From Octopus vulgaris (lineage: Eukaryota), in assembly GCA_951406725.2 (NCBI GenBank), contig OX597814.1, forward strand, positions 10,726,001 through 10,790,000: 64,000 nt of DNA. Direction: 5' to 3'. A program made the translations under genes and the position numbers. Every line of letters starts with the position of its first letter. Positions within the stretch are counted from its first letter, which is position 1. The notes beneath the pieces were generated by a model. It did not search any database. It worked only from the letters and a program-made list of their open reading frames with translations, and was not told the origin of the DNA. This document shows positions 44,358-59,414 of the stretch, one piece after another.

Positions 44358-45786
44358 GAAATGTTGGCTTCCTTCCTGCAGAAATGCCCGTTGCTTCTAT
44401 TTTCAGAGATCCATGAACATAATCGTGCATGTGTTGAAGACCGCATTTAAGTGCTCCAAAATTTGGCGATTCAGTTTTCCTGATTTAGTCCTGGCACATC
44501 TAAAGGACAACAATAGCAGTTTTGCATGAGTAGTACAACGGTAGCATTGTGGTCCTTTGTCCTGCTAAACATAACAACTACATCTCACTCTAAGCGCATC
44601 CTACTATATTTAGAAAATGACACTTTTGATAATGTCGTGAAAGATACACTGCTCTTGAAAAGTAGGATGGTCAGGCCTTGAACGTTTTCGACCATAAGCC
44701 TGTTTGATTGGAACCGACTTGGGCTAAACAGAAAGAATGACATCAGAATATCTCATTCCGGTTTACAATCGCGGCAAAGACATCGAATTTGGCTTAAGGA
44801 TGAAAGAAAAGTAGAAAAACCTGCATCTCACAAAAACAATATTTGGGTGCAGGGAAATACAGTACCACACACACACACACACACACACACACAAGCACGC
44901 ACACACACTCACACACACATATATATGTGTTTACATCTGTATATATGCATGCACATACATACATACATACATACATACATACATACATACATACATACAT
45001 ACATACAAGCACAAACACAGACTCATACGCTTGCGAGCACACATACACGCATATCTTGAAATCTTCATAGCATTATCTCAAGATGAGGGCGGTGTAATCT
45101 GGCAAAATATCTCTTGATCTCTGACTTATCATGGGATTAGTAAGTTAGCAGATCTGCCATACGATTTTATAGTGAGAAATGTCTTTTCCGAATCATTTAT
45201 CTTTAATATATAGCAAGATCGATTACTAGTTCTCTTACTTCAGCAACAACATCAACAACAACAACAAACACAACAACTCCCACGAAAACAAATAACAATA
45301 TCTCTCCGTTAAAAATATCGGCTAGAATAAAAGAGCCATTTTGTCTTTTTTTTATTTACTAAGTCTTTTGTTAGGTTAGTAGACGTAAAGGATATTGCAA
45401 AGTCTGAAATCCGTAGGCATTTCACCTGCATTGCCATTTACCGGAATTCTTTGTGAAGAATTGTTCAAACAGGATATTATGTTGAATAAGTACGCTTTTT
45501 AAAATCTCTGTAAAGGATTGTCATGCTGAGCAGTTAAGAAGACAAGAGTAGTGGTGTTAGCTGTCCTGAGCTTATACGTTGTAATAATCAAGAAAATTAA
45601 CCCTTTCATCACTAAACTTATCTATTAAAAGGGAAAACAAAATTGTATTTGAGAATATGGTACATAGTTTACTGACAAATAGACAAAATAAGATGAAAGT
45701 ACGAATTGCACTGAAATCAAATAAATTCTTTTTAAAGATATTCCCTTCCTTATCTCCTCATATGTATCTACTTACGAGGTTGTCAG

Positions 45787-45867
<81 letters not shown>

Positions 45868-46598
45868 ATTGTCACGCCTCCTTCCTTCAAGCGGGAAGGA
45901 AGAGCTATTTTCATCATCCTTGTGGCTATGGCGAAAGAATGTATCTGGTGGACGCGTCTGAAAGGATTGGAGACAAACACTTTCCTCTCTGGTCAATCTC
46001 TCATCAACTTCTTCAAGTACCACTTGAAAAGGAAAGTGAGAGTAGAGAGGCAAGTTTTGTCTAGCGAATGTTTTAAAAAAAGATGGGTGAATGTAGCAAG
46101 GATGGCACGTATGAATGACGAAGCCACCTTGAGCATAATCCTATGAACCCAGAAATTGAAAACAGAGGGTTACCCACTTGCAAACAAATGTGGTAACATA
46201 TAACAATATTGACCAAGGTTACCGTGGTCCTTTTCGTAGGCTTTTCTTCCCAAGGATAAACCTTACTTGCTTTCCCTTTACACCATATATCATAACACAG
46301 TGATACACGATCTCTATTGATCGTTTTTTTCCTCTTCCCCTTTTTTCCCCTTTTTCTTCTTTTTTCATTTCTCTTTTCTTTTGTTCCTTTTCCTTTTCTT
46401 TTTTTTCTTTTTTCCATTTTTATTTTATTTATTTATTTATTTTTTGTTCTTTTCTTCCTTTTACGATCCCTCTTGATCGAAAACCTACGCCACCCCCTTT
46501 TTTGTTTCTTTTTTTTTGTTTTTTTCATCCCCCAAAAGAAAAGCTCTACCTTGTAACTTGTCCCATCTGTGTGCAGCCCTGTGTGGCCAATAAAGAAA
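45868..46598 (+). mobile_element. 5'-truncated Tx1/L1-clade LINE inserted in (CTAT)n
   Basis: Open C-terminus ..LVAMAKECIWWTR..RKVRVERQVL..FKKRW..* (stop 46146), T-rich 3'UTR, AATAAAGAAA end; (CTAT)n on both sides. Confidence 0.75.
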
Positions 46599-46599
46599 C

Positions 46600-46635
<36 letters not shown>

Positions 46636-47027
46636 TTATCTAGCTAGCTAGATAGATCCAATATTTGCTGTAATTATTTTACTGTAATTATTTTACTTTG
46701 ATTAATCAATGTATATATATCTACTTTTCTTTCTGTATATGTATCTATCTGTCTTTTCATCTATATATCTGCTTTTCTTTCACTCCATGTATCAGTCTAA
46801 TTTGAAAATAATGATAAACATTTTTCCTTTCTTCCTTTCAGTCACCACTCTCACAAACAAAATCTCTCTCTCTCTCTCTCCCTCTCATTTCTCTTTCTCT
46901 CTCATTCCCTCTCTATTCCTCCTCCTCTCTCTCTCTCTCGCTTTGTACTGCTTCCTTTGAAGTAAGTGTGACACACACCACAGGTACGTACAAAATCAAA
47001 AAACGGATCGTATTAATGCTATTGATG

Positions 47028-47095
<68 letters not shown>

Positions 47096-47149
47096 GATGA
47101 TGAGGAGGAGGAGGAAGAGGAGGGGAGGATAATAGCAGTAGTAATAAAT

Positions 47150-47317
47150 ACCCTACAATCTATGTGTATTGTAAAAGTCGGTGTTACTTGGAACGGCACG
47201 TATATTGCGTAAAGTACTGTCTGTCTGAGGTACTTGTGATTTGACAAACTGTACAAACCCCTGGTAGATACAATATCTGCAATCAACAACCTCACGATAT
47301 TGTAAACTGTGCAATGT
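47150..47317 (+). mobile_element. R4/Dong-type LINE extreme 3' end
   Basis: KSVLLGTARILRKVLSV* plus 3'UTR plus (TAA)n. Confidence 0.8.
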
Positions 47318-47329
47318 TATAATAATAAT

Positions 47330-47694
47330 CGTCGTGGCACTCCGTCGGTTACGACGACGAATGTTCCAGTTGATCCGATCAACGGAACAGCCTGCTCGTG
47401 AAATTAAAGGACTAGTGGCTGAGCACTCCATAGACACGTGTACCATTAACGTACATCTCAGGGAGATTCAGCGTGACACTGTGTGACAAGGATGGCCTTT
47501 TGAAATACAGGTACAACAGGAAGAGGAAGAAAGAGTGAGAGAAAGTTGTGGTGAAAGAGTACAGAAGTGTTTGCCACTACACCCTGTTGAAACCACGTGT
47601 AACTTTAGGTGTTTTCGCTCAATAAACACTCACAACACCCGGGCTGGAAATGAAAACCGCGAACCCACAATCGCGAGTCCGCTGCCCGAACCCC
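47330..47694 (-). mobile_element. SINE family C
   Basis: Reverse complement starts with a tRNA-like head GGGTTCGGGCAGCGGACTC..TTGAGCGAAAACAC; related head at 61520-61648 (+). Confidence 0.65.
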
Positions 47695-48335
47695 TAATGT
47701 GTGGTGAGATGGGTGAAACGATATGGCACATCGTCAACGAATGCCCGAAATTGGCACAATGTGATTGCAAAAGACCACATAACGATGAGTCAAGAATGAT
47801 CCATTGGGAGCCTGTGGAAATCGCGGCCTACAAAGAACAAAGACGTGGCATGAGCAGATCCCAGAAGGAGTCACCGAGAATGAGAATTGCAAACTCTTGT
47901 GGGATGCAATGATCACCTGACCAGATGTCGGAAACAGGATATTTTGTCGTAAATAGAAAAGAAAGAACATGCACGATAATCAACATAGCATATCCCGGTG
48001 ACAACAGGACCAATGTGAAAGAAGAAGAAAAGATAAAGAATTACGACGATTTGAAGTGGGGTATACGAAAGTTGTGACCAATGAAGAGAGTAGATATAAT
48101 AGTAGTAATTGGTGCAATTGGGGGTCTCAGCACTCAGCTACCAACATGGCTGAAAAAGGTCGGTGCAAGTGTGAAGGTAGAACACCTACAAAAATCACCA
48201 TTGCTTGGAACTGCAAGAATTCTTCACAAGGTACTTGAAGCATGACCATTAAAACAATGTCACGTTAGTCTGATGGCTGTAGACAGCTGACACTTTCCAT
48301 CATACCCAGCAAAACAAGCTGTAAGTTTTCCTTAC
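47695..48335 (+). mobile_element. R4/Dong-type LINE 3' portion (CCHC plus RLE)
   Basis: CGEMGETIWHIVNECPKLAQ..H..IHWE; DIFVVNRKERTCTIINIAYPGD..KEEEKIKNYDDL..IGAIG..HLQKSPLLGTARILHKVLEA*; (TAA)n tail from 48336. Confidence 0.9.
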
Positions 48336-48402
<67 letters not shown>

Positions 48403-48404
48403 AA

Positions 48405-48524
<120 letters not shown>

Positions 48525-48536
48525 TTTATGATATTT

Positions 48537-49072
48537 CCTGGCTCTGGCTCTAATAGCTTCTGATCTTAACTGATTGGAAATGTTATTATATACATGTTTT
48601 GTCTTGGTATAAAAATGATGGGCTACAGCATATATTCTGCTCAATATCACAGATTTGCTTGTCAGTTGCTTGACCATAACCAGCTGAGCATGTCTCTTAG
48701 TGGATGTCTATATGTGCACTTCTGATCACGAGCAGAAATAGTGGGGGAGCATCATAGCCATGTGTTGAGAGGGATTCTTTGGGGTTTGAATAATTTACCT
48801 TTGGAAACATGAGAGTTTTGTTGAACATCCTTAAACAATCCTTATTCAGGGACCATTCCAGCGGAATGGGCAACTCGGCCTGAAGAAAATTCAAACTGGG
48901 CTCCACCTGCAAGATCATGCACTGTTTATCTTGATATGAGATCACCATGTCGTGCAGATATGGTTGTGATGCATGTGCCTAGTGTTCCAGACGGGTGATC
49001 ATGATGGGTATATTGGGCTTCGTATATTTGTACCCCAGTGTTAATTTGAGGACATGGACTGCTCTCTCACTC

Positions 49073-49073
<1 letters not shown>
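48537..49073 (+). mobile_element. Non-coding (TAA)n-tailed repeat (probable LINE 3'UTR or non-autonomous derivative)
   Basis: Sits between TAA arrays; ends TGCTCTCTCACTC-(AAT)n; related copy at 49263-49395. Confidence 0.6.
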
Positions 49074-49158
<85 letters not shown>

Positions 49159-49208
49159 TGATGATGATGATGATGATGATAATGATGATGATGATGATGA
49201 TGATGATG

Positions 49209-49262
<54 letters not shown>

Positions 49263-49395
49263 TGCTCAATACCACAGATTTGCTTGTGATGCATGTACCT
49301 GGTGTACCCTTATCAGACGAGTTGTCATTATATATACTGGGCTACGTATATTTTACCCTAGTGTCACTTTGATGGCATGCGTTGCTCTCTCACTC
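49263..49395 (+). mobile_element. Internally deleted copy of the 48537 repeat
   Basis: Joins the homologue of 48638-48662 to that of 48968-49073; same 3' end and TAA tail. Confidence 0.7.
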
Positions 49396-49483
<88 letters not shown>

Positions 49484-49669
49484 TATGCATGAGTTCGTGT
49501 ATATGTTTATATAAAATAGTAAATTTGAAAGAGTATAGATGAGCGTATACGCAATAAAAAAGAGATGAAGCCAATCGCAGAAAAGGATGTAAAAGGAAGC
49601 ATTAGCAATAGTTGAAGAAGAGAAACACAGGAATAAGATAAAAATAAATCAGAAGCTATTTTCTGTGTA

Positions 49670-50351
<682 letters not shown>

Positions 50352-50747
50352 TGCAGAAAGCATTAATATTTTTACAGATCAGCTCCCAGGATAGTAACAA
50401 ATTCTATAACAATGAATCTTACGATTTTCCTCGTATGGAGTTTGTGTTTTGCTTCTGCTTTTATTTGCGCTATATATTTTTTAAAAAGATTCTATTGTTA
50501 TTTTTCATTTAAGATATAACAAGCATATGAAGAACAAAAGCAGCAACCACTTCTGCTACGCCATCAACATCTTTAATAATTACATGAACAAAGTGAAAAT
50601 AAAAAAAATATATATATATAAAAATCTATTTCGCGCTTCTGTCGTGAATTTTAATTCAATTTTAGATTTCCCTGAAGAATTCATTGATGTTTAAAGCTGT
50701 AAAATGTCAAATATGTCGGACAACCTTACCGAAACACACATACTGAT

Positions 50748-50779
<32 letters not shown>

Positions 50780-50813
50780 GTATATACACATTTCGTACAT
50801 ACATACACACACT

Positions 50814-50873
<60 letters not shown>

Positions 50874-50877
50874 TATC

Positions 50878-50944
<67 letters not shown>

Positions 50945-51228
50945 GTGTGTATGTGTGTGTGTACACATATATGTATACATATGTATGTGGGATCTGTATG
51001 TATGTACATAGGTAAGTGCAAAGACAGGTAAATAGATATACATTCATATATAAATATAAATATATACATATGTATATAGATATGTATATACATATATACA
51101 TATATATATATTAATATATATAGATGCACATATTTACTCACATATATAAACATACATACATACACACATCAATCTATATATATTCGCACTAATATTTAGA
51201 TATATACACACATACATACATACATATA

Positions 51229-51313
<85 letters not shown>

Positions 51314-51772
51314 GTGTGTGTGTATACATATGTTCATATATCTATAGACATAAGAGTTACGGATCGGAGTATGTATATGTATGTATATATATGTGCGTAT
51401 ATGTGTGTGTGTGTGTTTGTTTGTGTGTGTGTATGTGTGTGTGTGTGTGTGTGTGAGTGTGTGTGTTTGTGTGTGTAGTATGTGTATTCCCTTTTTCCTT
51501 TTTCTCTAACTTGCTACTATTGTTAGCGCTCTTCTTGGTACAATTCAATTCTAGTTGATTATATATATTTTTTTTCTTGGTCTTTTCTTCCTCATCATTT
51601 CATTTTACCTTTGTCTATTTTATTCCTTAATACTTTAGCTTAGCCATGTTTGTAAACGTGTGATTGGATGGATGGGTAACCTTATTTATTTGTCTTATTC
51701 TTATTCTATTTCTATTTTTCTAATGCGTTGTTCATTTTGTTTTGGTATATGTTCTTCTTTAGATTGCTCCCG

Positions 51773-51807
<35 letters not shown>

Positions 51808-51963
51808 ATTGTTGTTGTTGTTATTGTTGATTTGTTGTTGCTGTTGTTATTTTTGTTGTGCACCTGTGTGTGATTTCTGATATTATCTCCTGACACAATA
51901 TATGCCTTCAGATCTTGACTGAATTGCATGCCGATATCTTTTATATAGATTCAAATAACTAAA

Positions 51964-52029
<66 letters not shown>

Positions 52030-52182
52030 TATAAATATATATAAATAATAATAATAATAACAATAATAACAACAACAACAATAATAATAATAATACGAAG
52101 AGGAAGAAAAAGAAAGAGAAGTAGCAGAAGAATAAATTGAAGAAGTGTCTTTTTTTCTTAATTACATGTAGATGTGCACACT

Positions 52183-52221
<39 letters not shown>

Positions 52222-53034
52222 ATATATATATGTATATATACATATATATACGAATACATGCGTGTGTATACACATAGACGTACATACAGACATATATGTA
52301 ATTGAGTAGATATATGTATGCGTATATCATTCAACTACGATAGTAGTTGATTAATATTCTTAAGGCAGCAGTTTACACACACACAGCATCTTCAGAGCTT
52401 TGTCGCTAATTCAGTTCCTAACCAAATTGAAAAATGTTAGCATTTTTATAGAGGACTGGTCCCTAGCAACGTTTTGGCATTAAAGAAATTGAGATTTTGT
52501 CCAGTAGAAAAAAGTTTACATCAAAATTTATAGCAATGTAATAGGAGAGTAAATAACACCTCCATTCAAATTTAGACCTAAATTACTTTTTTTTTTGAAG
52601 CAAAATATATTTATCTTAGCTTCCAATGATAGAAAAAAATCATGAAGAATTTCATAGCTTTGATCCCATGCAACAGAAATGTGTATCAAAAGAGTCGCGA
52701 GGTAAAATATCATGAAAAAAAATATAAGGCAAAAATTGGATTTAAGTATAATTAACTGTTTTATTTTAAAATCAAACTATATTTTAATTAAGCTTAAATG
52801 ATAGAGCTCAAGTTGAGCAATTTCAAAGTATCAATCTCATGTATTAAGTTTTGAAAGGAAAAAGCTATGAGTGTTTTTTTAGGGTGATAGTAAAGTTCTA
52901 TACTTTTTTATGAATATAGTTCTATAAGGGACTTTTAATATATATCACCGGCATCATTGAGATAAAGAAAATGTTATCAACGACACCGCAAATTTACAAT
53001 TAGTTTAGATACGTCATCTGTATTACTGATGCAA

Positions 53035-54245
53035 TCTATATACATAAATGGCAATTTCTGTCTGTTAGTGGCTGTGCGGGAATTTATTACTTTAACTCCT
53101 CCGAGATTATCCGACCGATCCTGATGAAACTTGACACGTGTGTATGTGTATGTGTGTGTGTGGGGGGGCTTATGCCCATACGGTCACTTATGCAGTTGGA
53201 ATTTCAAAAAGTCGATAATTTCTAATCAGCATCGATTTTTCAAAAGTCAATAGGACATTTCAATCCAGTTTCTCAAATGAATGTTACTTTCTGCCATAAG
53301 TTTTAAAAGTTTACAACGGATTTTCTTGAAATTTTATACACAGATGGAATATGCGCTAAGGATGGGTTGAGACAAATAAGGCTTTTTAAGCACATGCACA
53401 AAAATGATGACGACACGGGTTCACAACCAGACTCTGGTCATTTTTTTCCTTCAATTGGTCCTACCCAATAATATAGATTTCAATTTGACGAAAAATACCG
53501 AAATTCGACGAAAAATTGTTTCATGTGTATAAACAAGCATCTTATTAACGGTAATCTCATTAGCATTTGCTAATTCTGCATTTCAATTTGAATCGTTTTC
53601 ATTTGCTAAAACTTATTTCAATTCGTTCATTTAATTCCCCAGCGTTTCAGCTTTTGAATAGATAAGTGCTTTTTATTTCTCAAGCATTTTCTATTCAGTA
53701 TTTCATGCATAACCATAGCTATACTGACAATCAAACTACATTTATACAAACTACTACTTATATACAAGGTTTAACTTATCAGAGTTCCCCCTCTAAACTT
53801 GTGAATACATTTGGAGTTCAGATTTGCGTTAAGTTACAACATGAACCTTAACTCTTATGGGAGGTTCAGGATCTTATATCAGTCTTTTAAGATGCGATAT
53901 TCTCATGTAGGCCTCAACTTACTTAAGAAAGTCAGGACTTCTTATCCACCACTGGGTGCATGTGTGTGTTTGTGAATTTGTTAGTTTAACTTCTCTGAGA
54001 TTATCCAACCGATCTTGATGAAACTTGACACGGTCACTTACGCACTTGAAATTTCAGAAAAATCGATAATTTTTAATCAACACCGATTTTTCAAAAATCA
54101 ACAGGACATTTCAATGCAAATTCTCATATGAATGTTATTTAAAGTTTTCAACCGATTATCTCGAAATTTTATTTCCACAGATGGAATATGTGCTAAGGAT
54201 GGGTTCAGACAAATAAATTTTTATCTAAGCCACTCATGCAAAGCG
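53035..54245 (+). mobile_element. Decayed Helitron-like element(s) with two related internal modules
   Basis: A|TCTATATACATAAATG 5' end; modules ~53090-53400 and ~53985-54245 share GAGATTATCC..CCGATC.TGATGAAACTTGACAC..CACAGATGGAATATG.GCTAAGGATGGGTT; no 3' CTAG identified. Confidence 0.55.
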
Positions 54246-54330
54246 TAAGATGACTTTTATATGGATATGTGTCTGCGTGTGTGTGTATGAGTGTGCGTAT
54301 GTGTGTGTGTGTGTAGACAGATAGACCGAC

Positions 54331-54405
<75 letters not shown>

Positions 54406-54521
54406 CAGATGGTGTTGGTGAGAGCATATCTACATATTTGAACTTATGAAGTGTAATATTTACTATAGTACTAAATTTAATCTCTTGCTCGCATTTTTCC
54501 ATGTAACATATATATATATAT

Positions 54522-54751
54522 ACCGGAGTAAACACATAAATGTGAAACAAGGTAGAAAAAAGAGTACTCAAATACCAGTGGTAGAGTAATATGCTTTATT
54601 TAAAAGCAGCAGAAAATTCAACAAAACCTGTTACTCTGAGTTTCACGTTCCCGTTCGTCGGACAGTTTTTGCTAGAAAAACTGTCCAACGAACGGGAACG
54701 TGAAACTCAGAGTAACAGGTTTTGTTGAATTTTCTGCTGCTTTTAAATAAA

Positions 54752-54752
<1 letters not shown>
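54522..54752 (-). mobile_element. (TA)n-embedded fold-back element, family F2
   Basis: 77-bp arms 54594-54670 and 54676-54752, one mismatch; unpaired ~70-nt tail on the left. Confidence 0.8.
54628..54665 (-). ncRNA. Type I hammerhead ribozyme (C4 variant)
   Basis: CTGT-CCGACGA-ACG(GGAA)CGT-GAAA-CTCAGA-GTA-ACAG; all three stems close. The mirror copy at 54681-54718 (+) has G5>A. Confidence 0.8.
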
Positions 54753-54792
<40 letters not shown>

Positions 54793-55216
54793 GGGGGTGT
54801 ATGTATATATGTATATATGCACACACGCACACATGCACACATACATTATATTTGTATACAATATATGTGTACAAATACATACTTATAAATTAATGCAGAT
54901 TTCACAGCTTTCTGAAATCAATGTTGCCCAATGAAATTATTTCATCAACTGATATGCGCAACAAGGTATATTTTCATTTGTATTATAGTAATAATTTCTA
55001 AAAATAGCCAAGCAACTACTACTTCTATGCACAGGAATGTATATTATGGACAAAATTTAATTAGTCAATCACAGTTGAAACCAATGGTCACAACTGTCAA
55101 CATATGTTATTTTATATCTTAAATTAATATTATAAGATTATAAATAAAACGTGAAAAACAGAGTTGGAATTCCTATGAGTAATATATTCTTCTATACACA
55201 AACATACAAACCCCTT

Positions 55217-55260
<44 letters not shown>

Positions 55261-55262
<2 letters not shown>

Positions 55263-55623
55263 ATAAATATTAGGGAATAAATCCAAATTTACAGGGAAAA
55301 AAATCAGATTTAGGATTAAATCCAATTTTATAGTAAAATATTATAAAATATTATTAGAGACAAAACCACTATTTTGCAAAACAAACAAGGAAAGACTTAA
55401 TCAATACATAAAATTTTAATAAATAGTCAAAAAAACCGCCACTACAATTGTTTCTTGTCTCGATCGACAATCTTCAGGTGGACTTCCATAATTTGAAACT
55501 GACAAGACAAGAAACAATTGTAGTGGCGGTTTTTTTGACTATTTATTAAAATTTTATGTATTGATTAAGTCTTTCCTTGTTTGTTTTGCAAAATAGTGGT
55601 TTTGTCTCTAATAATATTTTATA
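55261..55623 (-). mobile_element. (TA)n-embedded fold-back element, family F3
   Basis: Arms ~55342-55460 and 55505-55623; unpaired ~80-nt tail on the left. Confidence 0.8.
55439..55481 (-). ncRNA. Canonical type I hammerhead ribozyme
   Basis: CCAC-CTGAAGA-TTGTC(GATCGA)GACAA-GAAA-CAATT-GTA-GTGG; canonical core boxes, perfect stems I and II, palindromic ACAATTGT stem III. Confidence 0.88.
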
Positions 55624-55644
55624 TATATATATTTATATATATAC

Positions 55645-56216
55645 ATTCTATTTCTCTCTTATGTTCTTCTTCCTTTCTGTTTTCTCTCCCACCCTTGCTC
55701 TAATTCTTCTCGTCTCCCCCTCACCGGTCCCGCTCTCTCTCTCTCTCTCATTCTTTCTCTTTGACTCTTTCGTTGCTCACACGTGACCAACGGGCTATCT
55801 ATCTTTCTTTCTTCCTAGTCCTTCCTAAAGACAAGACGTGCTTTTGCCTGTCTCTTCTCAAAGCTCGTTTTTCCAGCGTTCACCTCTTTACCTCGTTATG
55901 GCTTAACAGCCCTCACCGTTTGCTTTTACTGTTTTGTTCTTACTGTCCTGTTTTTGTTACCACTTTCACCCTCCTCAAAAAAACCTCTTTTGCTTTGCGG
56001 GAAGGACTGTTTTAACGAAGTCGCGTCTTGTTCCGCCCTTCGAAAACGCGGAGTAGATAACACAGGGGACAACTGATGAAGGAAATGTTCTTTATGTTGC
56101 CTGTTTCCTTTCTCTATTTGTTTCTTTCGTTGTACGAAAAAAGTTCGTTTCCTATGCTTTTGTTTTTTATGTTCTCGTTTCTCATTTTGTTCACGTTTTT
56201 TACGTTCTGTACCCAT
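55645..56216 (+). mobile_element. (TA)n-embedded non-coding element, architecture like 38487-39255
   Basis: CT-rich head, CACGTGACC, CGAAA..CTGATGA, T-rich end, then (TA)n. Confidence 0.45.
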
Positions 56217-56251
56217 ATATATGTAGTCATGTACATGTATATGTGTACATA

Positions 56252-56291
<40 letters not shown>

Positions 56292-56318
56292 TTATATTAT
56301 ATTACATATATTATATAT

Positions 56319-56393
<75 letters not shown>

Positions 56394-56394
<1 letters not shown>

Positions 56395-56670
56395 TTGCAG
56401 CGTGGAAGGTGTTTGTAAGCCATTTAAGAAACACACAAAAGCCGTTCGATTCACTTCAACATTTAAGTTTAATTTGTCAAATTAAATTAAATTAAATTAT
56501 ATTTAAATTAAAATTAAACTTTTGACAAATTAAACTTAAATGTTGAAGTGAATCGAACGGCTTTTGTGTGTTTCTTAAATGGCTTACAAACACCTTCCAC
56601 GCTGCAATTGTTTTCGTTTCAGCACACGATCTCAGATCAAAACACTTGCTATGCGAGTACATCTCCGTAA
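56394..56670 (+). mobile_element. (TA)n-associated fold-back element, family F4
   Basis: 88-bp arms 56394-56481 and 56521-56608; ATTAA-slippage centre; ~62-nt tail. Confidence 0.8.
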
Positions 56671-57347
56671 TATACATTCTAGTTGAAGTAGGATCTAGAT
56701 ACTGCCTGTAGTTCAGACAATTATTCCCATGACCAATTTGTAACAAAGAAAATAATGTTCGAACAGCCAGGTTTTAATGTCACAATTTTTTTCAGAAATG
56801 GGACTATGAAAGAAATGAATTTTGAATTTAAGAATACTACTGTTCAAAGTAATGGAAGACTAAATTTTTAAAAGTGAATAAAACTTTAAACGACGATCAA
56901 ATTTCGACTGATGTGTTTCAATATTGTATATATCTGTGCATTCCGGCTGTCTTTACTTATAAGTTCTAATTCCGCCGAAGTAAACTTTGCCTTTCTGTCT
57001 TTCGAGGTCTATAAAATAAGTACCAGTTAAACACTGGGGTCAGGGTAATCGACTAACCCCCTCCGTCGAAATTTCTAGCCCTGTGCCAAAATCTGAAATC
57101 ATGATTATATATATTTGTACGTGTGTCTGAGTATAAATCCTTAAATCCTTAAAAATGTTTTAGCCCGAAGGCCGCGGCCATGCTGGGGCACCACCGCTGG
57201 TACATATATATATATATTTGTAATAGATATATCACACACACACACATATATATGTACATTTAGTATATAATATATATACTGTAAATATAAATGTATGTAA
57301 ATATAAATATATTATAAACTTATATTTCTGTGTGTGCGTATATATAC

Positions 57348-57394
<47 letters not shown>

Positions 57395-57500
57395 TGTGTG
57401 TGTGTATGTATATACATATATATGTATGCAAATATTCACACACACACACACATATATATATATACATATATTTATATAGATATACATGTAGATATAGATA

Positions 57501-57537
<37 letters not shown>

Positions 57538-58669
57538 ACTTACATGTACAAACACATTATTATACATATATTTATGCGCATGCGTATGTTATTTATTTCG
57601 TTACCCTATAGAAAGGAATGCCAAATTAATACAACATACCCAACACTTAATAAGAACAAGCAAACTGCGCTTAAAATATATTTTATAGGCCAAATGTATC
57701 CTGGCTATAAAATAAATGAATACTTCATATCCAAATAGAAAATAAGAAACACAACTCATTATATAGCACAAAATAATACCTTACGCCCAATCATAAACTA
57801 GCTCTAATCATATATTTCAAGTGCAGGAAAGTGAAAAATATATGTATATACATAGTTATAAAAAGTAAAAAAAAAAAAGAGGCTGCAAGATTTCAAGTCG
57901 GTGAATAAGCTTTTGATAACTAAAATTATTTACAAATGCAGATGGAAACATGAAAGCTATATTTAAATTTTATGATTGTAATTGTTGCCCTGGACATGAA
58001 AGAATCGCGCTTTCTCAATAGCTGACCCATGCATCGACAACAAGGAGCTACTGCGGAAAATTTGTATAAAAAAAAATTTTAACAAAATCGGAAAGAGGGA
58101 AAAAAAAATTAGTTGATAATGCAACTGCCAAGATTCAACTAAGGACCTCCAAATGCTAAAAATAGCGGTCAAATCTGATTTACACTAATATTTTTTTAAA
58201 ACTGAAAGTAGAGTTGTCTCAGGTGAAATATTTTAGATCACACATCTACTATATCAGCTTTGACATGAGGCGGATCGCTAGAAATAGAAACTAAATCTAC
58301 AGCATATCACATCGTATTGTCTTCTTTTAAAACAATAAAAGAAAAAGACACAATCCGAGATATTTTGCATGTAAAAATAAAAAGAAGACGAGATGGGCAC
58401 GGTTAGAACACCTTTTACTAGTAGAGGTGTTCTATCCGATATGACAATAGCTATAACCTCAAGAACAAGCTAAGGCGGGAGCATCTACATATTCATTATA
58501 TATAAAGATACAGCGACCAAAACCCCATGAAATCACGCACTGCTCTCTTAGAAAAAGAGTTGGCATCACTACCCAGTATGCATTGTGGTTCTCTGCAGTT
58601 ACTGGATTTGTTTTGTGTAAAACCAGATTCGCTACTCGTTTCTCTGGTAATGCTTAAGTGATACAGACA

Positions 58670-58710
58670 CCTCTGATGAAAAGCCTATAAGGTTCAAACA
58701 TCGGTAAAGG
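58670..58710 (+). ncRNA. Degenerate hammerhead candidate
   Basis: CCT-CTGATGA-AA-AGCC(TATAA)GGTT-CAAAC-ATCG-GTA-AAGG; G12 mutated. Confidence 0.4.
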
Positions 58711-59365
58711 TTGCTCAGTATTATTATTTTTTTTTTTTCAATCTACAGAGAGAGTTAAATTTGCTCTGCTAATATATCTGCATCATAGGCTACTTGTATA
58801 GTTATGCTGTTTTTTGCGTGAATGCGGGTTGTTTCATACATGTATGCACGATTACATGTATGTTTGCTTATTTATGCGTTTTTGTGTGCATACGTGCATA
58901 GCAGAGTATCCGTGCAGAATTAGATCGACGGACAGACTATTGTATAATATTTTTGCAATACTTCTCTACCCACCACCAGAATAACTACAAATATAGAAAA
59001 GATACAGCATCGTTACGTTTACAGTTCAAGAGACCAAACACCATATATTCAAATTGTATATCGAAGGTGATGTGTTCTAAAGCTGTTAGGTACACAGATT
59101 AAATGTCGCTTATTTTTTTCTTACTAAATTCTACACACTTTACACACTTTCTGTCCTCTTATATATCTTCATCAGTTTTGAATTGACAGGCACTACAGCA
59201 GAAAACACAGATATATCGTTTGTTATTTCAGTATCTTTTTTTTTTTTCAAACACAGAACATTCATTCTTCTTTATACACAAATATTTAGATGCATCGATA
59301 CATACATTCAAACACAAGCACACATATATGTATATGCATTTATATATCTGTATATGTATGTGCAT

Positions 59366-59414
<49 letters not shown>

